A DNA stretch of 28,074 nucleotides from Eledone cirrhosa (taxonomy: Eukaryota), in assembly GCA_964016885.1 (NCBI GenBank), contig CAXHJY010000032.1, positions 1-28,074 of the forward strand, read 5' to 3'. This document shows, piece after piece, positions 14,900 through 28,060 of the stretch; position 1 is the stretch's first letter, and each line of letters starts with the position of its first letter. The notes under the pieces are model-generated. The model saw only the letters and a program-made list of their open reading frames with translations. It was not told the DNA's origin and did not search any database. Position numbers and translations under genes: made by a program.

Positions 14900-15646
14900 T
14901 TAATATTTTTTTAAGGCAACGCTTGTAATAACTCTAGTTAAACATGATATATATTAATAATAAATTATAGTTGTAATGTAATTAGATTATATAATTCTTA
15001 TTTTATAAATGATCTTATAAATATTATTGTAAGATGTATAAAAATATTTTCAGACTTTTAATATAAACAACTACAAAAAACAATCAATATTAAATAAATA
15101 TATTTTACATAATAATTGTTATAGTTGAATTAATAAAAATTAAATATTACATACAAATAGTCAAACATAATAATAAAAAAAATAGTCTAACATAATAATA
15201 ATAAAATAATCTAACATAAAACGAACCATAATATGGACATATATACAAGTAAATATGATACAACCAATATTCTAAGCATGTTATAACGAACTGAAAAAAA
15301 ATAGTTAATATAAATTTTAAAAAATCATATATAAATTAACAATATAACTTACCAAAACGAGAAAAATATTTTGATGATAAAACTACAAAATACAGGAGAG
15401 AGATTCGAAAGCGAAACGATAAGTAAACGTGCAAACAAAACGCTTTTGAGCAACAATTACTCTCGTTGGTTGATTAGCCAATAAGACGATGAACTTAGCC
15501 AATAAGACGATACATTACAAAACATGTTTGGAAGGAATCGCCACGGCCAGCGATACCCCTTGAAACTTTTATTCACAAGATACGCATATATTGTCAGACA
15601 ATATGCAGACTTAAAATATTCTGTTGTTAGTCACTGCGTGTCTAAC

Positions 15647-16152
<506 letters not shown>

Positions 16153-16156
<4 letters not shown>

Positions 16157-16476
16157 CATAAAGTCAAAAGATGGTTAAAAGAGTTCCATGTATCTTATTA
16201 TGCGCATTTCAGAAACAAATATCATCATGGGATGATATTTGCGTTCTCATCAGATAAAATAGGGAGACATGATATGAAGCTTAAAAAACACTTGCGAGCA
16301 GTGAAGTGTTAAAGCAACATATGTCATTTGTTTTTGAAATGCGCATAATAGAATACATGGAACTCTTTTAACCATCTTTTGACTTTATGTTATATATACT
16401 CCAGTCCTATAAACTGTTGAGTGCTACTTATCCGATATTTGCATTGCTTTATTGTGCTACAATAAAACTCACCACC

Positions 16477-16480
<4 letters not shown>
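16153..16480. mobile_element. Hammerhead-bearing fold-back element, Penelope-like terminus
   Basis: Arms 16153-16220 and 16326-16393 are inverted. Contains a hammerhead on the minus strand. Flanked by (TA)n on both sides. No ORF. Confidence 0.75.
16192..16260 (-). ncRNA. Type I hammerhead ribozyme, canonical core
   Basis: Minus strand: ATTTTAT CTGATGA GAACGCAAATATCATC CCAT GATGATATTTGTTTCT GAAA TGCGCA TA ATAAGAT. 7-bp stem I, at least 11-bp stem II, palindromic stem III ATGCGCAT, AUA cleavage triplet. Confidence 0.85.
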
Positions 16481-16514
<34 letters not shown>

Positions 16515-16807
16515 CAATCTGTTGATATAATGTATGCTCATATAGTTAGACTGAAACTAATATGTGCACTCTTCGTTAGGATCATATTTATCCTACAAAT
16601 ATAATACAGGTCTGATTTAATGTAAAATAAATAGGATATAATCAGACAGACTCTGCGAAAGGAAAACACAGTCTGTGCTCATCCAAAATTGCTACTATAG
16701 GGGTGTATGCATATATATGAATATATATACATATTATTGAGAGTATGTGTATGTATTTCCTGTATGTACACACACACACACATATAAATATATTATATAT
16801 ATATATA

Positions 16808-17437
<630 letters not shown>

Positions 17438-17628
17438 GGCAATATGGCGTCCAGTAAAACGGTTGTTATATTGATGACCGACTGAGAGAGTAAAACACTA
17501 AAACTAAATCTATAAGTTAAAGAATAACTAATTCTTTGCTTATTTTGTTTCGTTTTACATATATTTATTTATTTAAGTGACCAGTTATGTCTCTAAACGA
17601 CCGGGATCATGTGACACTGCAGACTTCA

Positions 17629-17644
17629 ATACTAGAGGGCGCTA
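17629..17644 (+). promoter_or_regulatory. CTCF-like motif
   Basis: atACTAGAGGGCGCTA versus consensus CCASYAGRKGGCRS, first two bases mismatched. Confidence 0.35.
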
Positions 17645-17801
17645 TATGTGGCGGCATTTACATCAACTCTGACACCAATTATCGTTTGATCTTGAGAACT
17701 TGAGAAAATATGTTCATACATATATACATATGTATATATGTATACATGTGTGTGTGTGTCTGTGTTTGTGTTTTTTATGTATGTATATATATGTATATAT
17801 T

Positions 17802-17834
<33 letters not shown>

Positions 17835-18068
17835 ATGTGTGTATGTGTTTTATGTATGTATTTATGTATATATATGTATATGTTTATATATATATATGTG
17901 TGTGTGTGTGTATGAATGTATGTATGTATACTGTATATAGTACTGCTCAGTAAACAGTATTTTGTCAGTTTTATTTGTGGTGGAGTTGTATAAATACATA
18001 ACATCAGGTTTCTTGTAGACTATATCTATCTATATCTATATGTCTCTCTCTCTGCCCTCCTCCTCTCG

Positions 18069-18120
<52 letters not shown>

Positions 18121-18160
18121 TACATACATATATACACACATACACACACACACACACACA

Positions 18161-18216
<56 letters not shown>

Positions 18217-18263
18217 TATATACATATATACATATATATATACATACATATATATATATATAC

Positions 18264-18304
<41 letters not shown>

Positions 18305-18698
18305 TGTGTGTGAGTGTGGGGGGTGTATGGTATTATTGTGGTTTTCCAATATAGATCCTGGTAAAGATAAGAGGAGCTCTTTGGCAATGGAGATAACATC
18401 AGACCCTCCCCATTAGCATGATCTAATAAGTAAGAAACTGAGCATACTGACTGACACTTGGTATTATGTGATCGTAGGTACACTTAAACACAGGGGCGAT
18501 AATTTCTGGCTGCCTGTTAGTACTTGTCCTCTATGGACGCTTCAGTTGTTATATTTTTATACATTATAATCCCAATTTTAAATTTGTTTATACCTCACAG
18601 AAACTGCCTCCTATACCTAGTATGGAATTATGATAATATAGAGTCTTGCTGAATTAATCCGAAATAATAATGTAAGCTATGTAATATAACTTGCACTA

Positions 18699-18887
18699 GG
18701 ATTGGCAGTATTGGTAGAGGGTCGAACGGCATGGTTTGCATCATAGAGTTATGGCCCTTTGCCGGTCTGAGTTCAAATTCTGCCGTGGTTAACTTTGCCT
18801 TTCATCCTTACAGGATCGATAAAATAAAGTACCAGTAATGTACTGGGGTAATTGCTGGCTTTATGCCAAAAGTAGAAACAATTATTT
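18699..18887 (+). mobile_element. tRNA-derived SINE
   Basis: A/B boxes, core and tail. Confidence 0.9.
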
Positions 18888-18890
18888 AAT

Positions 18891-19071
18891 GATTGTTTCT
18901 ACTTTAGGGACAAGGCCAGCAAATACCCAGTACATTACTGGTACTTTATTTTATCGACCCCGTAAGGATGAAAGTCAAAGTTAACCTCGGGATTTGAACT
19001 CAAACCATAAAGAGCCGTAACTCTTTGCTACAAAGCATGGCGTCCGACCCTCTACCGATACTGCCAATCCA
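18891..19071 (-). mobile_element. tRNA-derived SINE, inverted, with 15-bp target-site duplication
   Basis: Reverse complement of the consensus. AAACAATTATTTAAT at 18876-18890 and 19072-19086. Confidence 0.9.
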
Positions 19072-19322
19072 AAACAATTATTTAATAATGAACCTGAACA
19101 CCATCTAGCAGGCCTCAATAATATAGTGTACCCCAGGAACAATACACAATGGCCTCAAACCCACATAACACCGCCTGATTTACCGGTGATATTCATTTTT
19201 TTTTATTATTACGCAACGCTCCTACCTCTTGTATGTAATATTCTTGAAACTTCAGTCAATATCTAAATTGCTGAAGATATGTAGAGCAAGTGATACCTCG
19301 TATATATCGTGATATGATAGAT

Positions 19323-19479
<157 letters not shown>

Positions 19480-19724
19480 CGGAGAGAAATTGATAAATAA
19501 AAAATAAAAAAATGTTTAAGAAAGGTCGACCTGATAGGTATACATACATATATACATGCACACATGCATATATACATGCATGCATATATACATACACACC
19601 TACACACATGCATACATTCATACGTACGTAGATATATACATACATAAATACATACGCACATCTATACATACATACAAAACCTATACACGTACGTATATAC
19701 AAACATACATGCATTCATTCATAC

Positions 19725-20292
19725 ATGGTGGCTGCCAACTGCTTTTCGAGTACGGCCACTACTTTATATCCATGTAGGAAAACCCCTACTGATTCGCTGA
19801 ACGAGTGTGACTTTTTAGTCCAGCCAGCGACTTGAAAACTCTGCTACAAACACTACACTTGTGACAATTATTGACACATAGTGCTGGGCCCATGGTACTA
19901 TGTGACGACAAGTGCAGAGAGATCTCCAGATATAAAGCAATGCTTGTGCCGTGAAGCTTTTATAGTGAGCAAAGGCACTGCACAAAGCCAGTCCCACTCT
20001 CTTAACCAAGATGATATTTACCAAAAAGAAGTCAACATCATTGGATACCATCAGGGTTGCAGGTGTTATATCAGAGTTTTCCTTCTCCTAGAATTCTGCC
20101 TTGAAAAAGGTTAAAGGGTCATCTCTCCCGGTGATTTTGGATGGCCATTGACTCTTAAGAGCTCCTTTGCCCTTTGACAGTTTTTGTTTTAGTCCTGCAG
20201 AATGTCCAAAGTCACCCTCCTCACCAAGAAACCTTGGTGGGGTTGCCAGTTTAGTCGCCAACGACCCGACCATGGGACAGGTTGTACTGGGA
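19725..20292 (-). mobile_element. Internally deleted, non-autonomous RTE-type retroelement (5' UTR joined to 3' end)
   Basis: Minus strand has the RTE-like UTR motif CTAGGAGAAGGAAAACTCTGAT, then HKCSVCSRVFKSLAGLKSHTR (19863-19801), a stop, a short 3' UTR and a (TATG)n tail. No endonuclease or RT sequence. Confidence 0.65.
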
Positions 20293-20336
20293 TACATTCA
20301 TACATACACATATACATACACATATACATACATACA

Positions 20337-20370
<34 letters not shown>

Positions 20371-20444
20371 CATACATACATACATACATACATACATACA
20401 TACATACATACATACATACATACATACATACATACATACGTAGA

Positions 20445-20480
<36 letters not shown>

Positions 20481-20635
20481 TATACATACATACATATACA
20501 TACATACATACATATACATAAATACATACATACGTGCACACATACATACATACATAAATACACACATACATACATACATACATACATACAAACATACAAA
20601 CATACATACATACATACAAACATACATACATACAT
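20293..20635. repeat. (TACA)n microsatellite
   Basis: Direct inspection. Confidence 0.95.
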
Positions 20636-20897
20636 CTCTACAAAAGCACCAACACGTGCAGTCGCATTTCCACTGATTACAAACAGTTATTTGCATTATT
20701 CTAACAGCCCCCACCACATCGTCCCCCCACCTTCACCAACTATCTCCCCAGCTACGCCTACCCTAATCCCTCACCTTCTCTCATCTCACCCACCGTCCCC
20801 AGCTCCACTAAAACCCTCGCCCCTCACCCTAAAATTAACATAAAATCCGTTTTGTGTTGCTTTTGTTTGTTGTGTGATATATTGTTTTATCAATGAA

Positions 20898-20960
20898 CCC
20901 CAACGGCACCTCCTCCACCACCAACAACACCGTCTTCCCCATCATCATCATCACCACCCC

Positions 20961-20998
<38 letters not shown>

Positions 20999-21013
20999 AC
21001 ATCATTGTAATCG

Positions 21014-21052
<39 letters not shown>

Positions 21053-23125
21053 GCAACACCCATCGTAGTCATCATCATCACCATCATCACCACCACCACC
21101 ATCATCATCACCATCATCATCATCGCCATTATCATCATCACCATCACAACCAACACCATCATCACAAACACCAACGTCACCTCCTCCACCACCACCAACA
21201 CCGTCTTCTTCATCATCATCATCACCATCATCACCATCGTCATCACCATCATCACCACCAAAACCACCATCTCCACCAACACCACCAACACCACCAACAC
21301 CACCACCACCAACACCGACATCACCACCAACACCACCATCACCACCATCACCACCACCAACACCACCAACACCACCAACACCACCACCAACACCACCATC
21401 ACCACCAACACCACCACCACCACCACCAACACCACCATCACCACCAACACCACCATCACCACCAACACCACCAGCACCACCATCTCCACCAACACCACCA
21501 TCACCACCAACACCACCAACATCACCACCAACACCACCATCACCACCATCTCCACCAACACCACCAACACCACCATCACCACCATCACCACCATCTCCAC
21601 CAACACCACCAACACCACCATCACCACCATCACCACCATCACCACCAACACCACTATCACCACCAACACCACCAACATCACCACAAACACCACCATCACC
21701 ACCAACACCAACACCACCACAAACACCACAAAACACCACCAACACCACCACAAACACCACCAACACCACCATCACCAACATCACCACCAACACCACCAAC
21801 ACCACCAACACCACCATCACCACCACCACCACCACCAATACCACCATCACCACCAACACCGACATCACCACCATCACCACCACCAACACCACCAACACCA
21901 CCACCACCACCACCACCAACACCACCATCACCACCACCACCACCACCACCACCAACACCACCATCACCACCATCACCACCACCAACACCACCAACACCAC
22001 CATCACCAACACCACCACCACCACCACCACCACCACCACCAACACCACCATCACCACCATCACCATCACCAACACCACCAACACCACCACCACCACCACC
22101 AACACCACCACCACCACCACCAACACCACCACCAACACCACCAACACCACCACCACCACCAACACCACCAACACCACCATCACCACCATCACCAACACCA
22201 CCAACACCACCACCACCACCACCAACACCACCACCAACACCACCATCACCACCATCACCACAACCAACACCACCAACACCACCAACACCACCACCACCAA
22301 CAACACCACCACCACCATCACCACCACCACCACCACCACCAACACCACCATCACCACCATTACCACCACCAACACCACCAACACCACCAACACCACCACC
22401 ACCACCAAGACCACCATCACCACCACCATCACCACCATCACCACCATCACCACCAACACCACTATCACCACCAACATCACCACAAACACCACCATCACCA
22501 CCAACACCACCACCACCACAAACACCACCAACACCACCAACACCACCACAAACACCACCAACACCACCATCACCAACATCACCACCACCAACACCACCAT
22601 CACCACCAACACCGACATCACCACCATCACCACCACCAACACCACCAACACCACCACCACCACCACCACCACCAACACCACCATCACCACCATCACCACC
22701 ACCAACACCACCACCACCAACACCACCACCACCGTCACCACCACCACCACCACCACCAACACCACCATCACCACCATCACCATCACCAACACCACCAACA
22801 CCACCACCACCACCACCAACACCACCACCAACACCACCACCACCACCAACACCACCACCACCATCACCACCATCACCACCACCACCACCAACACCACCAC
22901 CACCATCACCACCACCACCAACACCACACACACCACCACCACCACCACCACCAACACCACCATCACCACCATCACCACCACCAACACCACCAACACCACC
23001 AACACCACCACCACCACCACCACCAAGACCACCATCACCACCACCATCACCACCATCACCACCAGCATCATGGCCAAAACCAACACCAACACCACCGACA
23101 ATATCGCCATCGCCACCATCAACAA
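20898..23125. repeat. 2.2-kb (CAT)n grading into (CCA/ACA/TCA)n trinucleotide satellite
   Basis: Triplet array almost devoid of G on the plus strand, with internally duplicated variant motifs. Confidence 0.95.
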
Positions 23126-23318
23126 TACATTGGTGAATGTGCCCATGCATATGGATAGTTAATTTATGAATGGCTGTGTATACCTGTGTTGTGTGAGTGT
23201 TTGCGTGTGTATGCGTATATGCGTGTATGCATAAACGTATGTATGCGTAGATATACATACATACTTTATCCCACATATATGTATAACTGTGCGCATGGAT
23301 ATATATATACATACATAC

Positions 23319-23436
<118 letters not shown>

Positions 23437-23860
23437 AAGTAAGTGCATGAGTATGCATTTGTGTTTGTGTGTGCATAAGTAAGTGCATGAGTATGTGTTT
23501 GTGTGTGTATATATGTATATTTATTTGTGTGTGTACCAGCTGTGAGACACACGGGACCATGGAAGAGTTGAATCAATTAGATGAGGCCATTGTCCTCTTA
23601 AGAAGATAGAATACAGGTCTTTGTCCTATCACAGAACCCAACGACTCGTCCGTTGTATACAACCCCATTAATTGCCCTTCATTCATCTCAAAAACAAACA
23701 TACATTGGGTTTCTCTTTTGCCGATTTATACGCATTGATGCGTGTACATTTATACATACATATGTATATATATGCCTACATATATATATATATATATGTG
23801 TGTGCGTGTGGGTGTGACTGAATGCTGAAGCTGGAGCATTTATGTAATATAATTGCACAT

Positions 23861-23978
23861 GGGTTGGCAGTATTGGTAGAGAGTCGGACGCCATGGTTTG
23901 CATCATAGAGTTATGGCCCTTTGCCGGTCTGAGTTCAAATTCTGCCGTGGTTAACTTTGCCTTTCATCCTTACAGGAT
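23861..23978 (+). mobile_element. tRNA-derived SINE, 3'-truncated at the LINE fragment
   Basis: Near-identical to 18699-18816. Confidence 0.85.
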
Positions 23979-24880
23979 TCTGTAATTCTTTTGTAATTCT
24001 TGCACATAATTCAGCCGCCTGCCTTCCATCCCCCATGAACACGGCCCCCGAGATACTTGAACTTCTTTACCTGCTTCAGTGGAACTCCATTCATATGTAG
24101 AGTGCGCTGCGAATGCCTCCTTGAAAAGACGAGTGTCTCAGTTTCCACAGTACTGATTTTCATTCCAGCCATGCAGCACTCGGCATCAAACCTATCGAGT
24201 GAAAGTCAGAGGTCACCTGTCAAGTTAAGTAATACCATGTCATCTGCAAATTCCAGCTGACTGATTTTACACCCACCAGTCATGATACCACTTCCAAACA
24301 GGCTGTGCATGTCAATCCTGTTCATGTAAATAATTGTTTCTACTTTAGGCACAAGGCCAGCAATAACCCAGTACATTACTGGTACTTTATTTTATCGAGC
24401 CCGTAAGGATGAAAGGCAAAGTTAACCTCGGCGGGATTTGAACTCAGATCGTAAAGGGTCGTAACTATGCTGGAAAGCATGGCGTCCGACCCTCTACCGA
24501 TACTGCCAATCCACCGCCCTACATGCAAATAATGAACAAGAAAGGTGACAGTATGCACCCTTGGCGGAGTCTGACTCCCACATTGAATGGTTTCAATTTA
24601 ACACCATTTATCCGAATACAATTACCTGGACATTCATACAGAGATATCAGGGCAGCAAGGAGCTGACCATCGATCCCATACTCCTGCAGAACCTTCCACA
24701 ACATGTCCCGAGGAACGCAGTCATATGCCTTTTCAAGGTCAACAAAACAAGAATATACTTCTTGGCAATACTCCCACGATTTCTCGAATACCTACCGCAC
24801 TGTGAATGTTTTGTCGGCTGTGCTGCGTCCGGGGTGAAAACCACACTGTTCATCAGCTAGCTTGGACAATATCCCTGCAT
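23979..24880 (-). pseudogene. Decayed RTE-clade LINE reverse transcriptase fragment, split by a SINE
   Basis: Minus-strand translation: EQCGFHPGRSTADKTFTVR*VFEKSWEY..CFVDLEKAYDCVPR..LRQGCILSPFLF [SINE] YMNRI..LEFADDMVLL..GMKISTVETE..VKKFKYLG. Contains in-frame stops. Confidence 0.92.
24328..24519 (-). mobile_element. Full-length tRNA-derived SINE inserted in the LINE RT
   Basis: Full consensus. Target-site duplication CATG(T/C)AAATAAT at 24323-24334 and 24522-24533. Confidence 0.92.
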
Positions 24881-24902
24881 CTATTTGCACACACGCAAAA
24901 TT

Positions 24903-24937
<35 letters not shown>

Positions 24938-24939
<2 letters not shown>

Positions 24940-25277
24940 CGATATATTAACAAATGGAAACTATATTTATAAAACCATATTTATTTCATTATACATATTT
25001 CAAGGACACCAAGAGCTTCCAACAGTAATGGTCGCATTCTTTAAGGGTATGTCAATATTTATTTATAAAACTGATCTATATTATATTTTATCTGATGAAA
25101 GCACACCATAATTTAACTTGGTGTCCTTGAAGTATGTATAATGAAATAAATATGGTTTTATAAATATAGTTTCCATTTGTTAATATATCGTATTTTTACT
25201 CCAATAATTTGTTGAGTGCTTTATATCAGTTATAAAAATATTTGCTTGTTGTATCCCAACAATTTAAATAGGACTTC

Positions 25278-25280
<3 letters not shown>
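24938..25280 (+). mobile_element. Hammerhead-bearing fold-back element, Penelope-like terminus
   Basis: 76-bp arms 24938-25013 and 25117-25192 with 1 mismatch. Flanked by (TA)n. Shares ATTTTATCTGATGA and ACTCCA..TGTTGAGTGCT with the 16153-16480 element. Confidence 0.75.
25084..25148 (+). ncRNA. Type I hammerhead ribozyme (GAAA to GAAG in this copy)
   Basis: TATTTTAT CTGATGA AAGCACACCA TAATTTAACT TGGTGTCCTT GAAG TATGTA TA ATGAAATA. 8-bp stem I, 9/10-bp stem II. The inverted arm keeps GAAA. Confidence 0.75.
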
Positions 25281-25356
<76 letters not shown>

Positions 25357-26320
25357 TTCCGAGTTTTTGATATGAAATCGTGTGCAAAAGAATATATATA
25401 TATATATATTTATACACATACATACATATATATATATATATGTGTGTTTGTGTGTGTGTGTAACCATACACACATACATACATGCATGCATACATACATA
25501 CATACATACATACATACATACATACATACATACATACATACATACATACATACATACATACATTTGTTTGTGTATGTGCGTACATACACAAGCCACGAAA
25601 GAAAACAAAGCGAAATATGTTGGGGTTTTTTTTTTCTTCTAGTCAGTATGGTTATCATAGCTGTGGTACCCTGTTGTTTTTGTAAGGCACCAAATGGTAG
25701 GAGATGATGCTTGTGGGATTGAATGGGAGGGAAGTGGTAGTGGTGCCCTGTTGTTATTGTGGGAGACCGATATGAGGAAGTGGCGGTTGTCGCCCCTGTT
25801 GTTGTGGAAGGTGATGTTCCGAATGTAAAGAAGTGGTTACTGCGGTGAATGTAGAGAACAATGGTAGGACAAAAGACACAAGCTGGAATAAAGACATTTG
25901 AATATGTACACACATTTGTACAGACATATATGTACACATATGCGCACAGTCAGGTTATACGCGTTGTCAGCTTACGATTTGAATATGTACACAAATATAC
26001 ATACTACAATGTTACTATATATACATATGTAAATATGTGTGTGTATGTGTATCCGTGTATATATATATATATATGTACACTGCCATGTCGCTATGCATAT
26101 ATTTGAATGTGTGCACATATACAGGCAGCCATCCTGTTATGCATTTATTTATATACGTGTGTTAGATTGGGCTTATAATTTAAACATTAAAATTGTAATA
26201 AAAAAATAATTATTCTCCAAACTATGTACACACACACACGCGCGGGCACACACAGATATATATGTGCGCGCGCGCGCGCGTCTGTGTGTGTATGTGTGTG
26301 TGTGTGTGTGTATGTGCGTA

Positions 26321-27030
26321 TTCACGTTTGGAGAAAAATTACTCATTCGAAACCAACTGCGTTGGGCAGGGCTTTTAAGCCGGATGGGAGATGTGAGGTT
26401 GCCTAAGCGAATTATGTATGGAGAGTTAACTCTTGGTAAACGCCTCAGACACAAACCCCCAAAAATGTTTCTGGGATGTCACAGGCAACCTGAAGACTTT
26501 TGTTATTAGTGTTGAAGAGTGGGAAGACGAGACGAAGAGTAGATCTGGTTAGAGAAGTCTGGTTTATGATGGTTGGGATCGTTTTGATGTCAAAAGGATT
26601 GAACATTCAGTGTTTAAAAAAGCATTAACATAAGGTGATGTTGACACAGTCCTGAAGGTTATCTGGTGGGAGCTAGCCTGTAACATCTGCGGAAATGTTC
26701 TTCTTTCTTGAGCTGAGCTTGCTAGTCATTTTAGAACTCACAGCAATCAACAGCCTGGGGCCGATTATGTTGGTGTCTTCCCTGAAAGGACTGCGGTGTA
26801 TTTGTGTCAGTTTGGTAACAAAGCCTATAGGTCTGCTGTTGGTCTCAAGCGGTACATGAGAGTCCATAAGGAGGAAGTTATGTTCTGGAGTATCCGGGAG
26901 CCTCGTGTATGTCACATCTGTAAAACGTTATGCAGAAGCGAGGTGAGTTTGCAGAGTCCATAGCGGGCTCATGGCCGTTCAGCACTAAGTTGAAGAGATG
27001 ACACTCTTCTGTAAAGAAGTGGCAGTTATC
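26321..27030 (+). pseudogene. 3' end of a decayed RTE/BovB-like LINE with three C2H2 zinc-finger remnants
   Basis: QLRWAGLLSRMGDVRLPKRIMYGELTLGKR is the typical RTE post-RT motif, followed by a frameshift and stops. Finger remnants lie at 26679-26972, the stop at 26991-26993, then a short UTR and a microsatellite tail. Confidence 0.88.
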
Positions 27031-27109
27031 TTATAATATATATATATGTGTGTATGTGTGTGTGTGTAAAAGTATCCGTAGGTGTCAAAAATGAAAAAAG
27101 AAAAGAGTG

Positions 27110-27198
<89 letters not shown>

Positions 27199-27502
27199 TA
27201 TATATATGGCTGTGCGGATGATATGTTTAACCATCATCTCAGTGTGTTTGGCCCTTAACGTATGTTGTAGCTCTGATTCATATGATTCATCGAGCGCTTG
27301 CCACACATATCGGACGTTGATTTTCGTTAATTCCTGAGCTGAAAACGATTCTCGCTAATTTATATTTATATATATATATATATATAGACAGAGGGAGAGA
27401 GATGTGAGTGTATATATTTATATATGCAGAGAGAAAGTGAGAGAGAGATTCTATATGACTCTGTATGACAAAGCTGGCTCTTTGAATTACGGGTACACAC
27501 AA

Positions 27503-27578
27503 TCCGACAGGCTTCCAAACAGTCTCCGTCTAACAAATTTTACTCACAAGTCATGGGTTGACTGGAGGCTTTGGTAAA
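27503..27578 (-). mobile_element. Fragment of a second octopod SINE family
   Basis: GACAGGCTTCCAAACAGTCTCCGTCTAACAAATTTTACTCACAAG resembles a common octopus SINE body, recalled rather than searched. Confidence 0.5.
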
Positions 27579-27648
27579 TCCAACATATTAACCATTTGGT
27601 CATGCAGCATCTACACATATTCACACACAGATACACACACACACAATC

Positions 27649-27714
<66 letters not shown>

Positions 27715-28060
27715 GTGTGTGTGCGTGTATATATGAATATATATATACATAGGTATATACAAACGTATATATACATACATACATACATATATATATATAT
27801 GCACACACACACACATAGATAGATATATACGTGTACGCACGTTTGCTTATACCCTCCATCCCATTATTTTGTTGTCTCTTAATGTTGTTATTAGTATTGT
27901 AGATGTTGTTGTTGTTGTTGTAGTGAGTGGTCAGTGAATATAGGGGTCATTCGTGGACCAAAATTAACTGCAAACAACCCAACGTACAGCATTCAACTCT
28001 GTCAACAGAACCGCACATCATTAGCTGAGATTGACATAAAATATAGAAGTACATAGCAAA

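Noticed and set aside
16640-16685. Minus-strand GATGA-hairpin resembling a hammerhead
   Set aside because: Both CUGA and GAAA are missing.
19270-19320. CTGAAGA followed by a hairpin
   Set aside because: No GAAA and no stem I or III. At best a heavily decayed remnant.
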